Positions 37,680-47,700 of a DNA stretch of 64,000 nt are shown here, piece after piece. Within the stretch, counting starts at the first letter, position 1. The number at the start of each line of letters is the position of its first letter. The notes under the pieces were generated by a model, which was given only the letters and a program-made list of their open reading frames with translations, was not told the DNA's origin and did not search any database. The position numbers and the translations under genes are program-made. Source of the DNA: a virus; the IMG/VR virus record IMGVR_UViG_3300032136_000002, positions 38,281 to 102,280 of that record; one strand, given 5' to 3'.

Positions 37680-38762
37680 CTATAAAAGAAAGTTGTCCGT
37701 CTCGTAGAACCGCACAAAGTCTACGCCGCCGATCATGACACCTGGGGCGGCCGTTGAGTTATTACCAAACTCTAGGGCCACCATGTCCGGGGTGAAGTCC
37801 AACCCACTGTAGCTACTGAAGTGAATCCAGTTACCAGCAGATGTCCCCGCCCAAGCGTGGAAAGTGGTGTTTATCTTGTGAATAGCCACGTACTCCAAAG
37901 CCTGGCCCTGCGCATCTACGTCTGTGGCTTCCACCACACCGGAAATGGTACCCCCTGAGGTCTGATACTGACTCTGAGCCTGAACAGCGCCAGTGTCCTG
38001 TTCGTTGAGACACATACACACTCTAGAATTATACTCAGGTTTTCCCGCTGTAGCCTCCACAAGAGCTAAACCAACTATGGAGTCATTATCTACCGCAGAA
38101 GACACGTTGGTGTTGAACTTCATACGGGCAACTACCAGCAGGTTCGTTGGCAGAGTGTAAGCTTTGTATATTGAATAAACCTTGTTCCTACTAGGAACTT
38201 GGACCAACGCCCAAGATTGCCGACTGCCGTGTGCGTTCACTCGCACCACATTCCCAGAATTAAACGTCGTATCGTAGGCATCCACAGCGTCATAAGAAAA
38301 AGTACCATCCGTCGCGTCTTGGAGGTTCCTTACCCCAGTCCAGCCCGACAGGGTGGTCTCTTCAAACTCATCGTCCTCAACGTGCGCAGACGTAGGAAAA
38401 GACCAGAGATTCGACGCAACCCCCGAAGCCACCGCTGCTAAAATTTCTTCAGTCCCCGAAAACTTATACGTTACCTTAGCTAAGGTATCAGCGTTTCCTG
38501 TATACTTTCCGCCATCTTGAACCACATCGCCCGCACCCGCCAAGTTCAAGATAAACGAATCATTGGCAGCGATGGTTTGCTTCAATATCTGGTGCTCGCT
38601 GGTGCCATCATAGTAGTTGAGCACGACTGTTTCATCTGACGTATTGGTATTGTGGAATACGATGTTCTGCACGTATCCCTTACGCCCACTATCCGGAACG
38701 TAGAGGTCGCCCTTCGTCGCGGGGAGCTGCCCAAAAGCCATCGGTTTCCTATCCAGCTGCAT
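37680..38762 (-). CDS. Receptor-binding protein paralogue C (shared adaptor domain + beta-sandwich head)
   Basis: N-terminal ~105 aa similar to 38771-39880 and 39880-40212. Confidence 0.75.
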   Translation of the reverse strand: MQLDRKPMAFGQLPATKGDLYVPDSGRKGYVQNIVFHNTNTSDETVVLNYYDGTSEHQILKQTIAANDSFILNLAGAGDVVQDGGKYTGNADTLAKVTYKFSGTEEILAAVASGVASNLWSFPTSAHVEDDEFEETTLSGWTGVRNLQDATDGTFSYDAVDAYDTTFNSGNVVRVNAHGSRQSWALVQVPSRNKVYSIYKAYTLPTNLLVVARMKFNTNVSSAVDNDSIVGLALVEATAGKPEYNSRVCMCLNEQDTGAVQAQSQYQTSGGTISGVVEATDVDAQGQALEYVAIHKINTTFHAWAGTSAGNWIHFSSYSGLDFTPDMVALEFGNNSTAAPGVMIGGVDFVRFYETDNFLL

Positions 38763-38770
38763 AGCGACCC

Positions 38771-39880
38771 CTAGAGCAAGAAGTTATCCGTCTCGATAAA
38801 ACGTATAAAATCCACACCAACCACACGGGGACCTGGAGTGGTATCGACATTACTCAAATGTACCCACAGCAAATCGGGGGTATAGGGCACATCTCCGCTG
38901 TCGTAGGTGGCGACATGAATCCAGTTTCCCCCAGCGGTTCCCGCCCAAGTATGGTAATCCGTCCCCACCTTGTGTATAGCGACGTACTCCAGCGCTTGGC
39001 CCTGGAAGTCCACATCCGAAGTGTTGGTATTACCCCCAGCCGAACCGGTGCCTGTCCTAAACCTGGAATTCGCCTTGACCACCCCCGAGTCTTGCTCATT
39101 GAGAAACATCTCTACGGTGTTCTTGAGTTCCGCAACCCCTGCATTGGCTAGACTTAGCGTTAGACCTGCGTACCCATCCTCTGCTGTAGCAGACGTTGCG
39201 CGTTGGCCAAATTTCATTCGCGCCCAGATGAGCATGTTAGTCGTCAACGTGATAGGGCGATACACGGCGAAGCGTCGATACGGACTGCGGCTAGGAGCTT
39301 GCAGGAGCATCCAAGACGGTCTATCCGCAGGATTCTGGTTGATCCGCACCGCCGTCCCCGAATTGAACGTCGAGTCGTAAGCGTCCACCGTCCCGGATGA
39401 GATACTCCCGACCGCAGGTGTCTCCACCTCCTGCACTGACCACGCTGCGTCAATAGTGTCTGTGTCGAACTCCATGTCCAACGCATGCGGGCTAGCCGGG
39501 GGAGCCCACAGGTTAGAGCTTACGCCCACAACTGAGCCTCCAGCAGACGCAGCATTTGGGGTCTCCTCAGTCCCGTTGACCTTGTAGGTGACCTTGCTGG
39601 CTGTCGTAGTGTTGCCTGTGTACTTCCCGCCGTCCTCAACGACGTCACCCGCCCCGCGGAAGTCCCAAATCAGGGTCTCATCGACGGCCAACGACTGGTT
39701 GAAAATCTCATACTCATTGGTGCCGTCGTGGTAGTTGAGAACCACCGTCTCAGCCGTCGTGTTCGCGTTGTGGAGGACAATGTTGTGTACCAAACCTTTG
39801 TTGCCGGTGGCCGGGGAGTACAGGTCGCCCTTGGTACTTGGGAGCTGGCCAAAGGCCAATGACTTTCGGTCGAGCTGCAT
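38771..39880 (-). CDS. Receptor-binding protein paralogue B
   Basis: Full-length paralogue of 37680-38762 (QGQALEYVAIHK, GNWIH, ETDNFLL shared). Confidence 0.75.
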   Translation of the reverse strand: MQLDRKSLAFGQLPSTKGDLYSPATGNKGLVHNIVLHNANTTAETVVLNYHDGTNEYEIFNQSLAVDETLIWDFRGAGDVVEDGGKYTGNTTTASKVTYKVNGTEETPNAASAGGSVVGVSSNLWAPPASPHALDMEFDTDTIDAAWSVQEVETPAVGSISSGTVDAYDSTFNSGTAVRINQNPADRPSWMLLQAPSRSPYRRFAVYRPITLTTNMLIWARMKFGQRATSATAEDGYAGLTLSLANAGVAELKNTVEMFLNEQDSGVVKANSRFRTGTGSAGGNTNTSDVDFQGQALEYVAIHKVGTDYHTWAGTAGGNWIHVATYDSGDVPYTPDLLWVHLSNVDTTPGPRVVGVDFIRFIETDNFLL

Positions 39881-40212
39881 CAGTCGGGTATCTCCTCAGT
39901 GCCAGAAAACTTGTACGTCACCTTGGACGCGGTATCAGTATTGCCAGTTATTTTAGCCCCACCCTCGTCGACCACCTCGCCCTCACCCCGCATGTCCAGG
40001 TAGAGCGAGTCCCCGGCAGCGATGGATTGGTTGAGGATGGTATGCTCGCTGGCTCCGTCGTGGTAGTTCAACACAACCGTTTCAGCCGTCGTGTTGGTGT
40101 TGTGCAAGGTGATATTGTGGATGAACCCCTTGCGACCCGTAGTGGGGACGTAAAGGTCCCCCTTGGTCGAGGGGAGCTGCCCGAAAGCTAGATTCTTCCT
40201 GATGAGCTGCAT
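39880..40212 (-). CDS. Stand-alone adaptor-domain protein (paralogue A)
   Basis: MQLIRKNLAFGQLPSTKGDLY...KVTYKFSGTEE. Confidence 0.8.
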   Translation of the reverse strand: MQLIRKNLAFGQLPSTKGDLYVPTTGRKGFIHNITLHNTNTTAETVVLNYHDGASEHTILNQSIAAGDSLYLDMRGEGEVVDEGGAKITGNTDTASKVTYKFSGTEEIPD

Positions 40213-40215
40213 TGC

Positions 40216-40992
40216 CTAAGCTTCCTTGGTCCAGGGGTGACTGAGAATCTGCATCTCACCTACCCATGAGGTCGCAGCAGTCCCATTGCAAGTAAACATC
40301 ACACCTGGATTTTTAATGGTGCCCCCCGATTGCCAGCTCGAGTGGTAGGCCGCCGAAGACCCGTTCCATGTCGTCCAAGACACCCCACCACGCGGGTAAC
40401 CAGGTACAGCGATGGCCTGATTAATGACTGAAGCGTTAATTTGTGGGTCAACCCCAGTATCTGGATCTCTGAGCATGACATCAAATTCAAAAACCACCCC
40501 GGAATCGACAGTTTGAGGACCACCAGACCGAAGGTAAATTCCGGCCTCGAATATGCCCGAGTTATTATTTCCGATTTGCCAGGTTGTCTGGGTTGAAAAC
40601 CAAGCAAATGCAAGCGAGTGCAATTCATCTTGGCCCGCCAAGTAGGCTATGGGGGCACATCCCGCCGAATATGGCCCTAGCCGTATTCGGTAAATGAACC
40701 TCTCGGGTAATGCTGGCAAATCGTTGATAAAGAACACTGCGGCAGCACTGGTAGCGGTTCCTGTGGTGTACTTCAGGACGTTCCCACTTGGCGCATCTAT
40801 GCTGGCTGTATGAGGAGCGCCAACGGACAGCGTCCCATCTGGGGACCCATAGGTGTGATCAGGCGTACCGGCCCCATTACCAAACTGCGTGATATCTGTA
40901 CCGTTCCACTCCCATAAGACCTCAGCTCCACCCCCACCACCACCAGCTATTTGGGCCGACGCCGTTAAATTCGATGCACTCCTGATACCCAT
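40216..40992 (-). CDS. Putative receptor-binding protein
   Basis: Short anchor, GGGGGG linker, aromatic beta-rich domain. Confidence 0.65.
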   Translation of the reverse strand: MGIRSASNLTASAQIAGGGGGGAEVLWEWNGTDITQFGNGAGTPDHTYGSPDGTLSVGAPHTASIDAPSGNVLKYTTGTATSAAAVFFINDLPALPERFIYRIRLGPYSAGCAPIAYLAGQDELHSLAFAWFSTQTTWQIGNNNSGIFEAGIYLRSGGPQTVDSGVVFEFDVMLRDPDTGVDPQINASVINQAIAVPGYPRGGVSWTTWNGSSAAYHSSWQSGGTIKNPGVMFTCNGTAATSWVGEMQILSHPWTKEA

Positions 40993-41002
40993 AGTCGTTC
41001 CC

Positions 41003-42364
41003 TCAAGCGTTCAGGCTCATCGCGATGGCCTGCACGTAGTCAGCCGCCACGATAACGACGTCAGCGTTCCCCGTGGCGATGAACCCGGCTGTTCGCACCT
41101 CTGTCGTATCGCCCGACGTGGCTGTGTTCTCCACCACTACCCGGTAGACCCTGGCCTCTGACAGGATTTCATTCGTCGACGCAGACGAAGCCACGATCGT
41201 TAGCGCCTGCTCGAAGACCTCATAGGTCGAGGCGTCACTGGTCTGGGACAGCGTGGCCACAAGCCGTGGAGTCCCTGGTGTGCTCGTCGACCCGTCATCA
41301 TAGAGTTTGACCTCCGAGGTGCCCGTCGAAGCGAAGGTGGAGCTGATGGCAGCCCGGAAGGTCACAGCGTTATGGAGGCCGGCGTCGAAAATTCCACCGC
41401 CAAAGGTCTCAGTGTCCGGAGAACCGCCAGCGCTGGTCAGCGTGTGGTTCTCCCCCAGCTCCATATAGGCTGTCCCCTCGTCAGGACTCGAAGCTGTCCA
41501 GTGGGTACTCCCGTTGTCCCAGGTCAACACCTGCCCGTCTGCGGGGGCAATAGACGCGTCAATGTCGTCGCCCTGGAGAGACGTAGCGTCGCTGGGAAGG
41601 TTCCCTACCTGCACCCGCTTCTTGTTGTTGCTGTCCGCCGAGTCCTCGATGAGCAGGAGGTCCGCTGCAACCGGAACGGTCTTCTCGGTAACCGCGGCAA
41701 TCTCCCCCGCCGCATTGTCGTGGATGGCATCCGCATCAGCCCCACCGGGCAGGTTGGTTATCTGGACCCTCTTCTTGACGTTGGCCGCCGCCGAATCCTC
41801 AATAACGAGGAGGTCCGCGCCAACGGGCGACGCCTTTTCTGTAAGGCCGCTGATTTCAGCCGAGCCGTCCGTGTGAATGGCTGTAGTGTCTGTCCGGGGG
41901 TCCGACGAATCATCAAGCGTTGCATCCGAGACCAGCGCATTGACCTGAGCCAAGGTTGACGAGCTGTGTTCAGATCCACCAAGCGCATGTGACGCCGGGG
42001 TCGCAGCCGGGAGGTCCCCAATTGTAATGGACTTCTTGTTGTCCGAGTCGGCGGCATCTTCAATCACCAGGTAGTCTGACGTGGTCGGCGTGGCCTTGGC
42101 CGCAATGGCGGATATCTCTGCGGCAACGTTGTCGTGGATGGCATCAGCGTCCGTACCGCCTGCCCCTCCCATCGCCGTCCAAACAGCTGACCCAACAGTA
42201 GCTGTAGTGCACTGATATGAAGTGGAATCACTGATCGAGTAGCACTGGTCCCCAACCTCTACGGCCGCGTTTTGGATGGAGGCTCCGGACACATTAGGCA
42301 GTTCAGTTGGGTCTGAGACGTTCGACCACTGATTGTGTGTCTCTGAAGGACTTCTTAACGCCAT
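41003..42364 (-). CDS. Tail fibre protein with three ~50-aa repeats
   Basis: DAIHDNxAxEI...D(Y/L)L(V/L)IED...KK repeats; DGQVLTWD...W; C-terminal AIAMSL. Confidence 0.75.
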   Translation of the reverse strand: MALRSPSETHNQWSNVSDPTELPNVSGASIQNAAVEVGDQCYSISDSTSYQCTTATVGSAVWTAMGGAGGTDADAIHDNVAAEISAIAAKATPTTSDYLVIEDAADSDNKKSITIGDLPAATPASHALGGSEHSSSTLAQVNALVSDATLDDSSDPRTDTTAIHTDGSAEISGLTEKASPVGADLLVIEDSAAANVKKRVQITNLPGGADADAIHDNAAGEIAAVTEKTVPVAADLLLIEDSADSNNKKRVQVGNLPSDATSLQGDDIDASIAPADGQVLTWDNGSTHWTASSPDEGTAYMELGENHTLTSAGGSPDTETFGGGIFDAGLHNAVTFRAAISSTFASTGTSEVKLYDDGSTSTPGTPRLVATLSQTSDASTYEVFEQALTIVASSASTNEILSEARVYRVVVENTATSGDTTEVRTAGFIATGNADVVIVAADYVQAIAMSLNA

Positions 42365-44040
42365 GACGCCTCCTAGACGTTGTGGGCGACCTCGTTACGG
42401 TCCCCCAGATCCTCAACACCGTAGCCGGCTACGGTATTCACGTCGTTGCCAATTACAATGTTATAACCAGTATTTGCGGCCAAGTGGATAGCCTCGGCGG
42501 GAGTACCGGTACCGTAGTTCCTGATATGGTTGTTGCATACCCTCCAACCCTTGCACCAAGTCAAAGCAATACCGTACTCAGCATTGGACGGGTTGTTCCC
42601 ATCGTTGTCTATATGCACATTCGAGATAGTCCCGGGCAACACCCCCTGGGCGGTAACTCCCTCTACGCTGATCCCTCGATTAGCAATAGCTGCCGTAACC
42701 TGCCCATTCAGCCGAGAGTTGGAGATGCTGGACTCACCTCCATTCGTTGACCACACTTTTTGAGTAATCCCGGTATGCGTGTAATTCAACAACTCCAAGT
42801 GCTCCGCCCACAGGCCGCCCCTGTCCACATAGACCGCGTCATAGCCCCCGGAGACAAGTATTCGACGCGCCCAGGCCCTATACCCTTGAGCCACAGCCAA
42901 TCCGTAGAACTGAGGTGTGGTGCCCGTGCCGTCAGGTACAGAATCCATGAAGCAGTTCTCTATTTCAGTGTCATCCCCAAAAACCCCAATAACCCCCTTT
43001 ATAACGGTATCAGCGGCGGTCCAAACTCCTGAAAATCCAAACTGCAGGCGAAACAGGTGGCTACGAATACCGGTGACAATAATGTAGCTCGCGATGGTCT
43101 GCGTCACAGTCGGAGCTACGATAGTGAACTTCATGTCCGAAAGCGTACTGAAATTATCCACGTCGAAAGCTCTGCCGTCAGTCCCGGTTGGTGTACTGAT
43201 GATGGTCCCATCACCTCGCCCCGCCCCAGCAACACGAACATTCGCAGGAATAGAAATCTGGGCATTAGGGCCGCTCGCGAGGTTATAGGTTCCCGCTCGG
43301 ACAGACACATAGTCTCCGGCCGAGGCCGCCTCGATAGTAGACTTGAGCAGCACCCCATCTCCAGCGTCCAAGACATCACAGTCTGCCAACGTATCCCCAG
43401 CAGCAGAGTTCCCGATGATGACGTTGGAGTGACGGGGTACAGTTATGCTACCGAAAGTAACCGACTTCTTGTTGTCGCTGTCTGCCGCATCCTCGATAAG
43501 CAAGTAGTCGGCCGCTGTCGGACTCGCTTTTGAGGTAACTGCTGATATCTCCCCAGCAACGTTGTCGTGGATAGCAGCGGCATCGGTGCTGGACAGACTC
43601 GAGATTTGTACTTTCTTCTTGGACCACTGCGTGGGGAACGGGTCCGAGTCCTCGATGAGGATCAAATCTGTACCTACGGGGGACACCTTCTCCAAAATAG
43701 CGTTGATTTCGCCGTCCACGTTGTCGTGAACGGCGTCGTTATCGGTGCCTGAGCCCCCAGGGAGGTTGCCTACCTGGACGCGCTTTTTGTTATTCGAGTC
43801 CGCAGAGTCCTCAATAAGCAACAGGTCTCCTGAGACGGGAGTCCCCTTCTCCGTGACCAGCGCTATCTCACCAGCGACGTTGTCATGAATCGCGTCAGCG
43901 TCGGTTCCACTACCCCCAGGCAAGTCCCCAATGGTGATGGACTTCTTGGCGTTGGCTGCGGCTGCGTCTTCAATGATGAGGATGTCGCTGATAGTCGGAG
44001 TAGCTTTTGCGGTCAGCGCAGCAATCTCACCTGCACCCTC
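41590..44040 (-). repeat. Seven degenerate ~150-bp coding repeats spread over two adjacent genes
   Basis: Consensus DADAIHDNVAGEIxAxTxKxxPxxxDxLxIEDxADSxNKKxVxxGxLP; boundaries approximate. Confidence 0.85.
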
Positions 44041-44397
44041 GCTCAAGACCTTGGACCCGGCGGTGTAGACCGCCCCCAGGTAGTCGACATAGAACTTCTC
44101 TGAGAAGACGTTGTCGAAGTCGTCACCGACCGACAGGAGCTTACCCGAGGTGAAATCGTTACGGGCCGCTATTTGGAAAGCGGTCCCCCCATCCGCTTCG
44201 GGACTTACCGCACCGGAAGGACCCGCTCCGCTGATGTCTTCACCGAGGAGCTTACCCGTGGCCCCGATCCACAATTGAATCCTGCGTATCTGCTCATCTT
44301 GGTAGTCATAGTCGGCGGCAAAGACGGTATCGACCCCATCAGTCCGGTCCTCGGTACTGTCGACGCTCGTCGGCCAATCCGTATTGGGAAAGGGCAT
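42373..44397 (-). CDS. Tailspike-like protein: four ~50-aa repeats + right-handed beta-helix
   Basis: Repeats shared with 41003-42364; VSVRAGTYNL...IPANVRVAGAGRG then beta-helix-type repeats. Confidence 0.75.
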   Translation of the reverse strand: MPFPNTDWPTSVDSTEDRTDGVDTVFAADYDYQDEQIRRIQLWIGATGKLLGEDISGAGPSGAVSPEADGGTAFQIAARNDFTSGKLLSVGDDFDNVFSEKFYVDYLGAVYTAGSKVLSEGAGEIAALTAKATPTISDILIIEDAAAANAKKSITIGDLPGGSGTDADAIHDNVAGEIALVTEKGTPVSGDLLLIEDSADSNNKKRVQVGNLPGGSGTDNDAVHDNVDGEINAILEKVSPVGTDLILIEDSDPFPTQWSKKKVQISSLSSTDAAAIHDNVAGEISAVTSKASPTAADYLLIEDAADSDNKKSVTFGSITVPRHSNVIIGNSAAGDTLADCDVLDAGDGVLLKSTIEAASAGDYVSVRAGTYNLASGPNAQISIPANVRVAGAGRGDGTIISTPTGTDGRAFDVDNFSTLSDMKFTIVAPTVTQTIASYIIVTGIRSHLFRLQFGFSGVWTAADTVIKGVIGVFGDDTEIENCFMDSVPDGTGTTPQFYGLAVAQGYRAWARRILVSGGYDAVYVDRGGLWAEHLELLNYTHTGITQKVWSTNGGESSISNSRLNGQVTAAIANRGISVEGVTAQGVLPGTISNVHIDNDGNNPSNAEYGIALTWCKGWRVCNNHIRNYGTGTPAEAIHLAANTGYNIVIGNDVNTVAGYGVEDLGDRNEVAHNV

Positions 44398-44463
44398 GGG
44401 CTCCCCTCAGTTGAGTTTGCCTAAGTATACCTTGGCGCCACACATTGAGGTACTCTCAGCTCA

Positions 44464-44778
44464 ATGCCACACAAACCGGCCGACCAAAGCAAGCTCGCTG
44501 AACTGATCAACGACTACGAGGATGCCATCACCGAGCCTTTTCACCAAGAGGTTGAAGCGGTTACTCGGTTTAGCTGTCCCCGTTGTGGCGGAAACGTCCA
44601 ACCCGAAGCCGACATTCAGCGCATGCTTCGCCAAGGGTCGACCCGCTACGGCCTCCTCAGCCGTTGCACCACTTGCGGCTGCCTCACTGAGCCTGACATG
44701 GGGATTATCGTAGAATTAGGTAACCTTGGGAGAGTTGAGCCCGCCATCCCCCTCATCCACCCCGACGACGAATACTAG
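44464..44778 (+). CDS. Zn-ribbon protein, lone plus-strand gene in the tail region
   Basis: CPRCGG...RCTTCG; stop overlaps the baseplate gene stop (CTAG). Confidence 0.75.
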   Translation: MPHKPADQSKLAELINDYEDAITEPFHQEVEAVTRFSCPRCGGNVQPEADIQRMLRQGSTRYGLLSRCTTCGCLTEPDMGIIVELGNLGRVEPAIPLIHPDDEY

Positions 44779-47700
44779 GCTCGATGGACCACAATGAGGC
44801 TGGCCCCCTCAGCCGTCCCCTCATCATCCGGCAAAAACGCACTGAGACGGTCAGCAACCAAGCTGTCCTCTGACCGCTCCACGGTAATGCTGCGGTCCTC
44901 CTGGTAGCTCAACCCTACCAGCTCCACTGGAAGCCCCACGTGAGTTGCCCCTTGTCGGGTGAGGATCGAAATCAGGTCAGATGCCTCAAGCCTCTCCTCA
45001 GGCGCCACATCGAGGATGGCACTGGCGATATCTGCTCGCGCCGTGGCCTCTGTCGGCCCCTCAGCGTAGTTGAAGACCGCCCGCACAAACACTGGAAGCA
45101 GAGTCCTTACCAGAGGGTTCTGGCAGGTCACCCGCTCTTGCGTGCTGTCCACCAAGGCCTGCACGTTCTCAGTGAGGTCGCTGCGCTCATAGCTGATTTG
45201 ATAGCTCGCGCCAGCGAGAGACTGCTCATTGGCTGGATCATCGAGTTCACCTGAGATGAGCACCCACGGCGTCACCGTGAGAGTGACCTCTTCCGCCATT
45301 GAGTATGAAAGCCGCTCATCGGCCACAGTCAGGTTGTAGCCCTGCGAGGTATAGCCCGTGACGGTTCCCCTCAGCTCGGCCGAGATGTTCCACGTGTCCC
45401 CGTACCCCTCGCTGATGCACTCCACATCGAAGTAGTACAGGCTCACCGCGTCTTGCTGGTCGGCCATCGCTGTAGCGCTGATGCGCTGCTCGCCCAACCG
45501 AGTAATAACGGCGTAGTGCCCCGTGGCTGCGTAGGTAGTGTAGGCCCCTGAGCCCAAGGCCGTCCCGTCGACGTCCTCCAGGTCAAGGGTGTCATCACTC
45601 AGCGCTGAAATGAACCACAGGCCCTTGTTTGGCGCATCGTTCGAGATGGTTTCACCAGCGAAGGTGGGCACCCCAGACAGCCAGGGGTTGTTCGTCACAG
45701 GTGTGGTGCCCATGACCACGTCCGTAACGTCGCTTCCATCTGCGCTGTTGTCCTGAAGCACCACCTCTTCAGAGGAGTCGATGCTGACGTACTTGGCCCC
45801 GCCGGTGTCCAACACTGCAGCAACGTCCCGAGAGAGCTGCGTGTTGATCTCGTCGACAATCTCATCGATGGTCAAGTCGTCGCTGAAGCGCACACGCTCA
45901 GAGCCCAAACCCAAATCAAAAAGCATCGTCCCGTTGGACGTCCCATGACTCGAGGAGCCCATGTTCTTGCTCCCCACGATGGGGGCGAAGGTGATTTCAA
46001 CTCGATCACCAACCGCCAGACTGTGAAGTTCAGCGTACACCGCATTCGTGGTGTCGTGGTTAGTCATCGTGACCTGGGCCGAAGCCACTGTCGTCTCGAA
46101 AACCAATTTCGTTGCGTCAGTTGGCAGAAGCCGCCGTCGAACCTCCGGGTCCGGCCGAAATCTCCGGGAGACGCCAGAAGAGGTCACCTCAATGAGCGTG
46201 TCCGCCGAAGTAACCGAGAACGAAACGGGGTCCCGGAAATACAAACGGAACGACCCATAGCTCGGCTCACCCACGGCGTACTGCATTGCCGCATCATCCC
46301 AAGCCAAGTCCTCCGTCAAAAGCAACTCGTAGTCGGTCAACCCATTGGCCGCACCCGCAACAGAACCCCCCACGCCGCCCGTGGCCACCGTGTAGTAACC
46401 CGAGTTGTCTCCAGTCAGGATGTTGACCAGGTCCCCCGCCCGGACGCCCAGGTCGTAGTAGTTCGCGCTGGTCAGGCTGCTCGTCAGTATCCTGGGGTTG
46501 GTCGACTTGACCACAGCCACAGTGTCGTTGGTCACCGTCGTATCCGAACCGGCTTTTGCCCCCCGACCAGGATTCTGGAAACTGAAACTCCGCGCGTCCA
46601 CAGGGTGACGGTAAGGAATGAAGTCTCCCGTGGGCTCAAGGTCAGCGTCGAGCAGCTCAACCGAGGTCACCCGAGCCAAGGGCAACTCCACCCCCGCAGT
46701 TTGCCGTCGCACTACCTCGTATTGAATCGGGCTGGCCGTCTGGCCCAAGGTCACGTTGAGGAACAGGGTTGAGCCTGAAACCGTCGCCAACGAGTAGAGG
46801 CCCTCGTCGTCGCCGTTGAGGATGCGCAAGAAATGGTCGGTGGTCACCCCGTAGTCACCCCACACTGTGCCCGCCGTTGTGTCGACCAGGTCAGACCCAG
46901 CAAAGGTCTGGAGGTCTGTCCCTGCCACCAAGACCTCTTCCGGATCGTTGAGCGATAGCGTCAGATCGTTATGAAGCTCATAGAGGACGCCCGTGTCCGT
47001 AGTGCTGAGCGCCTCAGGCAAAGTCACCGTGAGGTTTGGGCTGGCATAGCTCGAAGCGATAATGCGATACGTCCCCGTGTCCGCCCCGCTGACGAGCCGA
47101 AGGACTGTGGTCCCCGCCGCCACCACATCTGCGACGTCCTGGCTGACATTCGACAGGACCACAGTGCGGGCCGTGGCCGTCGTCGCCGCTCCGGGCTCTC
47201 GAGAAACGGCCGTGTCCCCGGCCACCTGGTCGAAAGCCACCGTCTTGTCCTCAAAGCTCGAGCCAATGACGTAAATGTCGGTGCAACCGCCGACGTGGAC
47301 CTCATCAGGCTTAATCGTGAGCTCTTGGGCCTCCGTTGGGTTGAGCAAGCCTCCCGGCACACCGTTGAGGAGGATTTCGCGCTTGCGAACTGTGTAGGGC
47401 ACCGAGGACTCGCCAGAAGGGAAACGAAACGCAGCGCGTAGCCCCGATGATATCTCAAGCTGTGTTGCGCCTTTCACACTACCAAGCTGATAGTCCTCAG
47501 GCCCCGTCGACCAGAATGCCGTAAGCGTGTAATAGGTCAAGTCCGTGCCCACTGGACCTAACTCCGTCGTGAACAAGGCCCCCGCGGAATCGAAATAGGG
47601 GGTGTACCCATCGGCGTCCCCATCATCGACTGTCGCACCGTCAACACCCCACACCTCAATCGCGCCCAAGCTGCCGCCTGAGATGACGTCCCGTTGCATC

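Noticed and set aside
37680-39880. Diversity-generating retroelement template/variable repeat pair
   Set aside because: The paralogues differ throughout, not only at adenines, both are full ORFs, and no reverse transcriptase is in the window
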